Shown here piece by piece: positions 30,104-39,585 of a stretch of DNA of 64,000 nt (its first letter is position 1; every line of letters begins with the position of its first letter). The stretch is from Aureliella sp. Its GTDB lineage: Bacteria; Planctomycetota; Planctomycetia; Pirellulales; Pirellulaceae. Made by a program: the position numbers and the translations under genes. A model generated the notes under the pieces. The model had not been told where the DNA came from. It saw only the letters and a list, made by a program, of their open reading frames with translations, and made no database searches. Location of the stretch: NCBI GenBank assembly GCA_963691875.1, contig OY829846.1, positions 3,232,001 to 3,296,000 of the forward strand, in the 5' to 3' direction.

Positions 30104-31774
30104 ATGCATCAAGATTATCGCATCGGATTGATTCGTGAACTGAGAGATCAGCAAGTTCGCTTCGCGCCAAGGACTCGTCGTCTTGAGCAAGCTGAACGTG
30201 CGGAACGTCTGCTCGCAGATCTCGATCTCGAACGAGAATATCCTTACGAATTCATATACTTCCGGGTAACCGATTTTCGTCCTGATGAAAGTGCCCGCAA
30301 AATGATCCGTGGTGAAGATGCCGCGCATGATCTGCGGTTGTTCGTCGAAGACATCACAGATTCTCTTAATCTAAAGGTAGAAGAGGCGAAGGAGCCGGTT
30401 CACACAGTGGATGAGCTCAGCCGAATGTTCAACGTCTCCACCAAGACAATCTCTCGATGGAGAGACCAAGGGCTTGTCAGCCGACGTTTCGTTTACGAAG
30501 GGCGTAAGCGAGTCGGCTTCTTGCACAGTAGCGTCGAGCGGTTTGTGGCTCGCAATCGTGATCGTGTAAAACGTGGTGAACGGTTTAGCCAGCTTTCCAA
30601 CGATGAACGCATGGACATCATCGAGCGAGCTCGTCGCATTGCAGCAACTGGGGCGAAGCTTTCGGAGGTGTCACGTCAAGTCGCCGCGGGACTTGGAAGA
30701 AGCATCGAAACGATTCGTTACACTTTAAAGAACTTCGACCGAAAGAACCCGGACCAGGCCGTCTTTCCAGAAGCTCGCGAGAAGCTGACGGATGAGGACA
30801 AAGTGGCGATCTTCGACAGCTATCAGCGCGGCGTTGGAATCAGTGCACTAACGCGTCAATACTCACGTACTCGCAGTGCGATCGTTCGTATTTTGAATGA
30901 GCAGCGTGCACACTTGATTCTCGCGTTGCCGCTGGACTTCATTCACAACGAGTCATACGAGCGTCCTGGTGCAAAACTGGAAGAAGAAATTCTCGGCGAG
31001 ATCCCTGAGGCGATCATTCCGCCTCGCAAAGTACGCCCTCCCAGCGGACTGCCAACTTACTTGGCAAGCTTGTATGACGTGCAATTGCTGACCCGTGAGC
31101 AAGAATACCACTTGTTCCGCAAAATGAATTACCTCAAGTTCAAAGCGTTCAGCCTGCGAGAAAGGCTTGATCCATCCGAACCGCGAGTTGGGATGATGGA
31201 CGAGATTGAACAATTGAACGAATCCGCTGTCGCAGTGAAAAACCAGATTGTTCAAGCCAACTTACGATTGGTGGTTTCGATCGCGAAAAGGCACATGAAC
31301 AGTTCGGATGATTTCTTCTCGCTCGTCAGTGATGGCAATATGTCCTTGTTCCGAGCGGTCGAGAAATTCGATTACTCGCGCGGCAACAAGTTCAGCACTT
31401 ATGCAAGTTGGGCCATCATGAAGAACTTTGCGCGGTCTATCCCAAGCGAGTTTAAGCACAAGGACCGCTTCCGAACCACTGGCGAGGAAGTGTTCATGGC
31501 TCATGAGGATACACGGGTCGATCACTTTGCGGCGGAGATCGCTCAGAAACAGCGCGTGAAGCAGATCAACAGAATTCTGAACAAGTTAGATCATCGCGAA
31601 CAACAGATTATCATTCGCCGATTCGGATTGGACCACAACAACGAACCATTGACTTTGAAGGAAGTTGGTGCGGAGCTTGGTGTAACTAAAGAACGCATAC
31701 GGCAGATCGAGGCTCGTGCACTAACGAAGCTGCGTGAAGCGGCTTCGACCGAGGCGCTCGACGTTCCGGAGTAA
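30104..31774 (+). CDS. Sigma70-family RNA polymerase sigma factor with long N-terminal HTH-containing extension
   Basis: Region 1.2 (YLASLYDVQLLTREQE), region 2 (NLRLVVSIAK...AVEKFDYSRGNKFSTYA), region 4 (TLKEVGAELGVTKERIRQIE). GAGGTG RBS precedes ATG 30104. Confidence 0.92.
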   Translation: MHQDYRIGLIRELRDQQVRFAPRTRRLEQAERAERLLADLDLEREYPYEFIYFRVTDFRPDESARKMIRGEDAAHDLRLFVEDITDSLNLKVEEAKEPVHTVDELSRMFNVSTKTISRWRDQGLVSRRFVYEGRKRVGFLHSSVERFVARNRDRVKRGERFSQLSNDERMDIIERARRIAATGAKLSEVSRQVAAGLGRSIETIRYTLKNFDRKNPDQAVFPEAREKLTDEDKVAIFDSYQRGVGISALTRQYSRTRSAIVRILNEQRAHLILALPLDFIHNESYERPGAKLEEEILGEIPEAIIPPRKVRPPSGLPTYLASLYDVQLLTREQEYHLFRKMNYLKFKAFSLRERLDPSEPRVGMMDEIEQLNESAVAVKNQIVQANLRLVVSIAKRHMNSSDDFFSLVSDGNMSLFRAVEKFDYSRGNKFSTYASWAIMKNFARSIPSEFKHKDRFRTTGEEVFMAHEDTRVDHFAAEIAQKQRVKQINRILNKLDHREQQIIIRRFGLDHNNEPLTLKEVGAELGVTKERIRQIEARALTKLREAASTEALDVPE

Positions 31775-31802
31775 AGCTAGCTCGAAGCCTGGCAATAATT
31801 GT

Positions 31803-31837
31803 AAGGCTGCATTTCGTTGGGGATGCAGCCTTCTTTG
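31803..31837 (+). terminator. Rho-independent terminator
   Basis: AAGGCTGCAT-loop-ATGCAGCCTT followed by CTTT, between convergent genes. Confidence 0.7.
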
Positions 31838-31872
31838 TTAGCCCAGCCGCAAAATTTTCGGTTCTATACGGC

Positions 31873-32607
31873 TTACGACGCGAAAACCTGCCCCAGGAGT
31901 TGACTGGCGGAGCTAATAGCTGCCATTTCAATGCGAAGGATGTGGGGCCCCAAGGAAACGTTCTGCCATCCTTCGGAGCGAAGGCGCATGCATTCCTCAT
32001 CTGATAAACCTCCTTCGGGACCAATTAAGACAATGGCCTCTGAGTTGGGTTGCATCGAGAGCTGACTAATGTGCAATGGGCTTCCCCCGGAAAGTGCATA
32101 TGGATGTGCAAAACTGCAAGTCGCGTTTTTTGAATCAGCTACAAGCTCGTCAATTCTCCTGGCCGACTGAATTTCCATCAAATGGTTGCGGCCGCATTGC
32201 TTGCACGACTCGATGACTCCGCGCCGCAGTCGCTCGAGGCTTTTTTCCCCCGCCTGCGCTACCTGCCTTTCACAGATCAGCGGTATCACGCTAGACACGC
32301 CCAATTGCGTCAGGCCATCGATCATCACTTTTTGACGATCACCCTTGGGAAGAGCAACAATCATATGCAGATCGAGTTTATCCTTCGAGGCATCGCTCTG
32401 GAGCTCGCCTAGTTCCAGCACAGTCGCGCGTTTGCTGATCTGCGTTATCTCTGCTGGCGCGAAATTTCCCTGGCCATCAAACACCTCGACTGCCGCCCCA
32501 CTTGCAAGCCGAAGGACATTGCTAGCATGAAAGGAATCTGCTTTGGATAATTCGCAAGTTGCTGTGAGCTCGGGCAAGTAAAAACGGGGAAGTGACATGA
32601 AATTCAT
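31873..32607 (-). CDS. rsmE: 16S rRNA m3U1498 methyltransferase
   Basis: HASNVLRL, ESCKQCGRN, LIGPEGGL and SLGPHILRIEMA SPOUT motifs. Confidence 0.92.
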   Translation of the reverse strand: MNFMSLPRFYLPELTATCELSKADSFHASNVLRLASGAAVEVFDGQGNFAPAEITQISKRATVLELGELQSDASKDKLDLHMIVALPKGDRQKVMIDGLTQLGVSSVIPLICERQVAQAGEKSLERLRRGVIESCKQCGRNHLMEIQSARRIDELVADSKNATCSFAHPYALSGGSPLHISQLSMQPNSEAIVLIGPEGGLSDEECMRLRSEGWQNVSLGPHILRIEMAAISSASQLLGQVFAS

Positions 32608-32796
32608 AACCTAGCGAACTTGATCGGGTCAGACAGTTCGCTTTCAAGTTTACCGATTCTAAGCCCGATGGACACCGAAGAGCAGAGTTCTTGTGCACAG
32701 GTAGCGCGTCTTGCAACTGCAATACAAGTATTGATGACACCTGAATTCTATGCTGCCCCGAAAACAGATGTGGACTTTTGTACTAGGAAACTACCT

Positions 32797-33603
32797 GTGA
32801 CATATTGGCGATACTGGCAACTCAATGCCGCCCCATTTACAGGTGATATTAATCAACCATTGTTCCGCGGAGCGACAGTCGAAGAGGCCCTAGCGCGAAT
32901 TGATTTCCTCGTCAGCAATCGCCGCAGTCTAGGAATCTTAATTGGCCCGAGTGGCGTCGGAAAATCCAGTATCCTGCGCCATTGCGTTGCCAACCCGCCA
33001 TCTTCAGAAGAAGTCCCCAGTATCCAATGCCTGAGGATTTCTGCATTGGGATTGCAAGGCGGTGAACTCGTAGCACAACTTGCACGCCAACTGCTTGGTC
33101 GCCCGGCGACACCTCATACAGGCCCAGAGAACTGGCATGCCGTATGTGATTACTTCAACGCCACGCGTCGAGAAGGCGTCCAAACGGTTGTCTTCTTGGA
33201 CGACGCAGAAAGTGCCAGCCAGGCAGCCCAATCCGACGTGAGCCGTTTGCTTTCTATGACCTTTCCACTCACGTTTGTCATTTCCGCCGAGCAACAGCTG
33301 GTCCGAGCGATCAACCCAATGCTACTGGACCGCACAGAGTTACAGATCGACTTGACGGATTGGGAAATTTCGCAGACAGCTGAATTCTTGACATGGAGTA
33401 GTCAGCAAGCTGGCCGCCATCAGCCAATCTTCACGGATCGTGCGGTGGAAGCAATTCAGGAAGTGAGCCACGGGATTGCTCGTCGAATTGTGCAGATTGC
33501 CGATCTGGCCTTGGTGGCAGGCGCTGTTTCGCAAGCGGATTGCGTGGACGCGGATTGCGTTCAGCAAGTCATCTGCGAGCTGCCTCGTACCGTTGCGGCA
33601 TAA
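32797..33603 (+). CDS. ExeA/GspA-like AAA ATPase
   Basis: YWRYWQLNAAPF N-terminus, Walker A GPSGVGKS, Walker B VVFLDDAE, SHGIARRIVQIADLAL. GTG 32797 follows AGGA; the ORF track starts at 32620. Confidence 0.8.
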   Translation: MTYWRYWQLNAAPFTGDINQPLFRGATVEEALARIDFLVSNRRSLGILIGPSGVGKSSILRHCVANPPSSEEVPSIQCLRISALGLQGGELVAQLARQLLGRPATPHTGPENWHAVCDYFNATRREGVQTVVFLDDAESASQAAQSDVSRLLSMTFPLTFVISAEQQLVRAINPMLLDRTELQIDLTDWEISQTAEFLTWSSQQAGRHQPIFTDRAVEAIQEVSHGIARRIVQIADLALVAGAVSQADCVDADCVQQVICELPRTVAA

Positions 33604-33817
33604 GCCTCAGGCAGCATTCGCTCAATTTTCATCTAGTGGCACATTTGCAGCGATGACTAACGCAAAATGTTCTCGCGGTAGCGGCAGGGACGAATCTCCC
33701 CTTACGGACCTTTAGCGTGATGGCACCTTAAAAGACTTGAGCCGGTCCACCGGGGGCTGGCAATCGTCAGAATTGCAGTGGCGTATAAAGTTCCGCTGCA
33801 CTCCTAAAGGTTACAGA

Positions 33818-34497
33818 ATGCCCCTGATTAAGGCTTCACGCCCGCTTGAGTGGGAGTCGAGTTATGGCGCGTTCTACAATGCTGCGTCGCCAGATTCCGT
33901 AACAGGACGAACCTTCTTTTGCTTCCATCTCAGGCCACTTTGAAGCTCTTCTGAAACGCCTGGAAATGCAGCCGGAAATTCAGCGACGGCGAGCGGAGAA
34001 AAGTTCGAAACGCATCAAGCTTGGGGCCCGAGCTAGTATCGAAGGATAGATTGCGTGACGCTACTATCAGGGAATCAATGAGGCGTTGAAACGCCCACTG
34101 GGCCATCAAAGTGACTCGACCGGCGAATTGCAGCGGCAGGTGAAGACCTCGTCCGCTACATGTTGCTTGCAGACGAAGTTCAACCAACCAACTCGGTTTC
34201 TGGCTCAACCGAGTTCCAAAGTTAATTCGAGTCAGCAGAACATCCGGAAGCAAGAACTGATCGCCGCGGGAGAAGCCTTCGCGAGCTAGACCTAAAAACG
34301 CGTATGAACAAATATCCTTGTAGCTTTTGATCTACTCGGATGCTTTTAAGGCTTTGCCGGATCGAATGAGTGAATGGGTTCGAAGCCGTTTATCCGAGAT
34401 CTTGCTTTCCGAACAAGTCGTGGAGGGCTACGAAAATCTTGATGGCAAGACCCAGCAAGCAATTGTTGAGATACTAGCTGAAACCGAACCCGCTTAA
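33818..34497 (+). pseudogene. Decayed, internally deleted copy of a conserved PVC hypothetical protein
   Basis: Reads AGEDLVRYMLLADE...STEFQS*FES...GRSLRELDLKTRMNKYPCSF, then a frameshift at ~34328, then LIYSDAFKALPD...QAIVEILAETEPA*. In-frame TAA at 34223-34225. The 5' boundary is approximate. Confidence 0.65.
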
Positions 34498-34568
34498 TTG
34501 AAAAACGAAGGATAGCTGCGGCGACATGTCATGCGGGAAACAAGCCATCGCATGTGACTTGCTGCAAA

Positions 34569-35102
34569 CTATGCGGCGCGGCTGAGCGGCAGTTCAAATC
34601 GCTGAGTATCAATCTGCCTGAGTTCTTCGCCAATGCGAGTGCACGCGAACACCATGGAGTCTGCATGGGCTAGGCGATTAAACCATGAGGCGATTTGGCT
34701 AATTTCCGGTTGCTCTGGATCAACATGGCCGTTGATGATAATCAAATCCGACGCGCCCATCTTGTGTGCTACTCGCGGCAAGGCGGACATAGGATCGCCT
34801 GGAATCAACGATGCCTTAAAGTGAAGCGAACCAGCAACCTGGTGAGCTTGCTTCAAAGAAAGATGTGGCAAGTCGTCGTTGGCGGCTTCAAACTCGTCGG
34901 TCCCAATATAGCGAATAGCGTCGATTCCTTCGGGCGTTTGCACGAGTTTTGCAATGCGACGCATCCGTTGGCAATTGCCAACCCCAATCTCCAGAATGGA
35001 GGAGACTTCGTGACGGACCAAGTAACGAAAAAGATTTCGCTCGGTGACTGGTTTACCAAGATGGGACCAATACAACTTCTGCAACCAGCTCAGCCGGTTC
35101 AT
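34569..35102 (-). CDS. Hypothetical protein with class I SAM methyltransferase-like motif
   Basis: SILEIGVG motif I and YIGTDEFE in a 177-aa ORF. Confidence 0.7.
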   Translation of the reverse strand: MNRLSWLQKLYWSHLGKPVTERNLFRYLVRHEVSSILEIGVGNCQRMRRIAKLVQTPEGIDAIRYIGTDEFEAANDDLPHLSLKQAHQVAGSLHFKASLIPGDPMSALPRVAHKMGASDLIIINGHVDPEQPEISQIASWFNRLAHADSMVFACTRIGEELRQIDTQRFELPLSRAA

Positions 35103-35562
35103 AAACTTACCTCGGCATCCATTCCAAGTGTGAAAAACTGCGGCCCGCAGCGATCCCTCCGAACCATTCCGATCAAGGTGCTTCCCTGCCCACGGATCGA
35201 ACTACAAGCCAACAACTCTCCGTTCAGACCATCTTTGAAGTGTTGTTGTCGTTGGGTGAGAGTCATCCCTTGGCCTCCGTGAAAACAAGGGCCGGGCGAA
35301 TCCTTCGCATCGGAGCTGATCCATGCTCCCCGAATCTCGTATCCTTGGCTGTCTCCTGACTGCCAGTATTTCTTTCGGCGATCGGGCGCGATGAGTGCAT
35401 CTCTCTTTTCGGCTTTGGCAGAGTTTTCCCGCGCCGCAAAGTCCGCTTAATCCACCCAAGCCGAATCACGGCTCTTGCTCCCGTTTGCCACGATTCTCTG
35501 CGGCTTAGATCAAGGCTTGGCGTGACGTACGCTTTGACAGCATTTCGCCAAGGAGACACGAA

Positions 35563-38424
35563 GTGAAAACTCAGTCAAAGTCGAAACCACTGCTTAGCGA
35601 AGGCTTGTTCGAAGTCTGCGAAGAGCGCCTTGCGCTTTCCGCCCAGCCTTTAGTTGACTTGCTAATCTCTCCAAACAACTTTTTAGATTCGCAAGATTCT
35701 AGTGAAATCGAGCCTCACATTGCCGGTGCTCATGCTGCGAGCGGTTTGAATTCGGTCGTCGAGCGATTCGGTCTTAGCGGTCATGGGCAGACCGTGGCTG
35801 TCATCGATAGTGGCATCGCCTATGATCACTTAGCATTAGGGCAAGGGTACGGCCCAGGATATCGTGTCGTTGGCGGCTGGGATTTTGCCGAGAACGACGA
35901 CCTGCCTTACGACGATGGACCCTCTGGCTTCCATGGTACGCATGTCGCGGGCGTCATTGGTAGCGACAACCCGAGTAATCTAGGTGTTGCACCCGAAGTG
36001 GACTTGGTCGCGCTGCGCGTGTTCGATGACATGGGCCAAGGACAACTGGATTGGGTCGAGAATGCGCTGCGCTGGGTACATGATCATCGCAATGAGTTTG
36101 AGAATCCAATCACGACCGTCAACATCTCTATCGGTGCGTTGGATGGCGGTCTAGCACTAACGACTCTACAGGACGAATTGCAACAGCTCTACCAAGACGG
36201 AATCATTGTCACGGCCTCAGCAGGCAATTCCTTTGCCGAACTTCAGAACACGGAGCTCAGCTATCCCGCGTCGAGTCAATATGTGATTCCAGTCGCCAGT
36301 GTGGACGCATCAGGGCAGCTCAGCGACTTTAGTCAACGCAATACGAATGTGCTAGCGGCTCCAGGCGAAGCGATCCGCAGTTCAGTGCCAGATCATGTTC
36401 TGGGGCGAGACGGTCGCATCGATGACTTCACGATAAGTAGCGGTACCAGTATGGCCGCTCCCTATGTTGCTGGTGCCACCGTTCTAGTCCGTCAAGCACT
36501 GGAAATGGTGGGAGCGGATGCAGATATCGATGCGATCTGGCAGCAACTGAGGAATACCTCCGACACCATCTTCGACTCGATTACCGGTCAGAGCTATGAC
36601 CGCTTGAGTCTTGAGGCTGCAATCGAATCGGTGCTACCAACCGATTCCGTTGGCGATAACTTGGCCCTGGCGACATGGGTTGACTTTGCGACCATCCAGT
36701 CCGACGGGTCATTGGATACGTGGATCAATGACTTGCAGGATCGAGACGTCTTTCGGTTCACTGCTTCGCAAAGCGGCTCGTTGGATCTGACCGCGACAAG
36801 CCAGTGGAATGATTCGCTGGCTTGGTCGATTTTGCAGAATGGCAGACTCGTTGGCTCGGGAGATCTGACGGCGAGCGAGACTCTTCAGCTAGTTGCGGGA
36901 CAAGAGTATGAACTTGCCGTTTCTTCGAAAAGCCAGGACATTGGGCCTGGCAGTTTGAATTTTGCATTCACCGCAGACTCCAACTCCAGGTCTGGTGGTC
37001 CTGCCAGCGACGCCGCCCAGGACCTCGGGTCGGTGGCATTCCTAGAAACGAGCAACTTGACGAGTGCAACACTGTCGGCAACGGCAGCAAACGACGGACT
37101 GTTCTCCGTTCTATATTCCAACACTGGCGTTGCCAGCGGGAACGAAGGACTGACCGCATCACTTGGCGACACTCAGTTCTCTACGCAACACTGGCGAGAC
37201 GGCGGACTTCGCCTCGACTTGCCGGTCTTCGCTGGCCAATCTATCGCGATTCAGTTGCCGGAAGGGGCGCTTCACTCTGGACACCTCACCATAGCGAATC
37301 TCGTCCAGCAGGATGGCAGCAGCCTACTCGTTGGCGGAACGGGTGAGCAAGACAACTACAACATTGACCTACGAAATGGCTTGCAGCTCAGTGTAGGACG
37401 TGTCGAGTATGCGTTTGCATCCAATGCGATATCAGAAGTACTGCTTGACGCTGGTGGAAGCGGTGATTCGATTTCTGTCCAAGGCACGAACAAAATCGAA
37501 AGCGTCGAACTTCGGCCTGGGAACACTGCCATAGAGAACCAGCAGATCCAGCTTTCACTTCAAGGCGTAGAAGAAGTAAGCTTCTCTGGTGGCGGCAACA
37601 CCGATCGCATCTATATGTACGATGCGAACACCGATGACACACTAAGAGCCTATCCTGGACGGGCAGAGTTGATCGGCGTTGGCTACCATTTCGAAGTTGA
37701 CGATGTAGCTCGCGTTTTCGTTCACGCTACTGGCGGCGGCGAAGACTTGGCCTACGTCTATGACTCAGCTGGCGATGACCGCTTAAGTGCCAGGCCTCAG
37801 TTTACAAGTATCAATGGCAATGGGTTCTTCAACTATGTTCGTGGCTTTGAACGCGTCTACGCTTACAGCAGCGCGGGTGGTCAGGACAGTGCGGCGTTAT
37901 ACGATTCACCTGATTCCGACCGGTTTTCGGCGGCAGGTGACAGCGTACTGATTAGTGGGCCAGGCTTCTCTAGTCACGTACGCGGCTTTGAGCAAGTGGA
38001 AGCGTTCGCTCAGGCTGGCGGCGACGACCGAGCAACGCTCTACGGAACGAACCAGGCACATAGCTGGTATCAAAGCGCTGACTATCTGGCGTTTCAGGAA
38101 GGAAACAGCTCGCGGCAGGCCCGTGGGTTTGAAACGATAGAGACTTATCAAAACATGCAGCCGATCCAGGTTTCGGCCCAAAGTCTTGAGAAACCAAATG
38201 AAATAATAAGCTCTCCGGTCGAGCAGGATTCATCTCTCGACGCCCCAGCTACTGGTTCGCCCCAGACGTTTCTACCTGAACTTGGAATCTACGCTCAGTC
38301 TCTGTCGATGAGTGAATGGCTGGAAGACCGTCTCTACCTTCCAGAAGAAGAACTGATGGAAGATGGGGATGTGGAACAACTAGCCTTGCATGAAGCCTTC
38401 CGACAATACGGCGAGCCTACGTAA
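35563..38424 (+). CDS. Secreted S8 subtilisin-like serine protease with C-terminal PPC-like and repeat domains
   Basis: Intact triad motifs VIDSG, HGTHVAG and GTSMAAP, plus oxyanion SAGN. N-terminal FEVCEERLALSA resembles the planctomycete export motif. GGAGA RBS. Confidence 0.92.
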   Translation: MKTQSKSKPLLSEGLFEVCEERLALSAQPLVDLLISPNNFLDSQDSSEIEPHIAGAHAASGLNSVVERFGLSGHGQTVAVIDSGIAYDHLALGQGYGPGYRVVGGWDFAENDDLPYDDGPSGFHGTHVAGVIGSDNPSNLGVAPEVDLVALRVFDDMGQGQLDWVENALRWVHDHRNEFENPITTVNISIGALDGGLALTTLQDELQQLYQDGIIVTASAGNSFAELQNTELSYPASSQYVIPVASVDASGQLSDFSQRNTNVLAAPGEAIRSSVPDHVLGRDGRIDDFTISSGTSMAAPYVAGATVLVRQALEMVGADADIDAIWQQLRNTSDTIFDSITGQSYDRLSLEAAIESVLPTDSVGDNLALATWVDFATIQSDGSLDTWINDLQDRDVFRFTASQSGSLDLTATSQWNDSLAWSILQNGRLVGSGDLTASETLQLVAGQEYELAVSSKSQDIGPGSLNFAFTADSNSRSGGPASDAAQDLGSVAFLETSNLTSATLSATAANDGLFSVLYSNTGVASGNEGLTASLGDTQFSTQHWRDGGLRLDLPVFAGQSIAIQLPEGALHSGHLTIANLVQQDGSSLLVGGTGEQDNYNIDLRNGLQLSVGRVEYAFASNAISEVLLDAGGSGDSISVQGTNKIESVELRPGNTAIENQQIQLSLQGVEEVSFSGGGNTDRIYMYDANTDDTLRAYPGRAELIGVGYHFEVDDVARVFVHATGGGEDLAYVYDSAGDDRLSARPQFTSINGNGFFNYVRGFERVYAYSSAGGQDSAALYDSPDSDRFSAAGDSVLISGPGFSSHVRGFEQVEAFAQAGGDDRATLYGTNQAHSWYQSADYLAFQEGNSSRQARGFETIETYQNMQPIQVSAQSLEKPNEIISSPVEQDSSLDAPATGSPQTFLPELGIYAQSLSMSEWLEDRLYLPEEELMEDGDVEQLALHEAFRQYGEPT

Positions 38425-38965
38425 CCGGCAAGTGATTCCGATTCAAGCGCTGGACCATGAACCAAAACACGCTGATCGTCCCCATGATCGAGATGCCGAA
38501 GAAGGCGGTGGCTACGAGCATGCCGATCAAGATATAAGGCAAGCGATCTCCACCTTCGAATCGAGGCACGTCAGCAGTAAAGCCGATCAGGAAGAAAACG
38601 GCTCCAAAGATCGTAGACAACAACGCTCCGTACCAGAACAAGTTCGCCCAACTCAATTTGTTCAAGGTTCGCAGGAAGAACACGACGGACATTCCCAACA
38701 TCAGCACCAATACGTAGGAAGCAATGATCCCAACGGTCAGCAACATGATCGGCACAAGAATTATGCCCGCAGGCGTTCCTGTATCACTGGGGTTGAATGT
38801 GAGTGCAAGCAGGCCAAACACGAAGAAAAGAACAGCTGCCAACACCGGTGCAACAGGTGCAGCAACAAAAAACGCAATCCAAAGACTGCCTGTCGAATAA
38901 TCCTCCGCTGAAATGACGTGAGTTTCGCCCTCTAAATCTGGCGGCTCGTAAGGTGATTCATTCAT
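38417..38965 (-). CDS. Hypothetical membrane protein (~4 TM)
   Basis: Hydrophobic segments and an N-terminal SPYEPP motif typical of planctomycete membrane proteins. Confidence 0.7.
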   Translation of the reverse strand: MNESPYEPPDLEGETHVISAEDYSTGSLWIAFFVAAPVAPVLAAVLFFVFGLLALTFNPSDTGTPAGIILVPIMLLTVGIIASYVLVLMLGMSVVFFLRTLNKLSWANLFWYGALLSTIFGAVFFLIGFTADVPRFEGGDRLPYILIGMLVATAFFGISIMGTISVFWFMVQRLNRNHLPVT

Positions 38966-39000
38966 GGATTATTGCGATCTTGTGTCGAGTTCGGCCTCAA

Positions 39001-39555
39001 GAAACCGCTGATCAGCAATAATGAACACTGACAGAGCCGGACCATGGACCAAAACAAACCCCGGAATCGGTGCAATCTGATGGCTGACCCTAAGGGGCAA
39101 TGAAGCTCCTCCAGTTCTTAGCGGGTTAAGAGGATACCTGAGCCATACTCTTATAAGAGTCATGCTCTTATCCGAGCTGCTTTCGAGGTCCAAAATATTC
39201 AGGTGGGTGGACTCCTGGAAGAAGTGATACCAAGAAAGCCTCGAAATGGAGTTGAAGTTTCGCCATATCCAATATCGCCACAAAGCAAACCTAAACCCCC
39301 TCTGCAAGGGAAGGGAGTTGCGAGAGCGTTATATCCCTGATCTCTCCGTTTTTGGAGAGGTCGTGGTTGAGTTGAAAACCCTCTCAGCGCTTGCGTCGAA
39401 GCAGGAATCACAATTGATGAAACTTATGCGCATATCGCACAAGTCAATCGAGCAAATGATCAGATTTGGCCTTTGGGGGAGCTTCGAAGAAACGAACCCT
39501 GACCTCCGAGTTCCTCCATTCCAATTAGCGCAAGGTAGTGCCTATCAGCGGTTTC
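39001..39555. repeat. Inverted repeats flanking the GxxExxY pseudogene
   Basis: GAAACCGCTGAT (39001-39012) and ATCAGCGGTTTC (39544-39555) are perfect reverse complements, with imperfect similarity continuing ~20 nt inward. Confidence 0.7.
39140..39500 (+). pseudogene. GxxExxY family PD-(D/E)XK protein, frameshifted
   Basis: ALIRAAFEVQNIQVGGLLEEV, extra A at ~39227, then YQESLEMEL...YIPDL...VVELK...ESQLMKLMR...MIRFG. No intact start was found. Confidence 0.8.
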
Positions 39556-39585
39556 AGTAGCCCCTGATTCAGAGAGTGGCCCCGG

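Noticed and set aside
35110..35550. Possible RNase P RNA or c-di-GMP riboswitch in the gap before the S8 gene
   Set aside because: The conserved RNase P signatures are absent, and GCCGCAAAG lacks the GGCAAA/GAAA tetraloop stem context.
38390..38911. 173-aa plus-strand ORF, and similar ORFs at 34695-35282, 40261-40920 and 44260-45003
   Set aside because: Each is antisense to a better-supported gene.
39246..39560. 104-aa ORF as an intact gene
   Set aside because: It is the post-frameshift half of the GxxExxY pseudogene.
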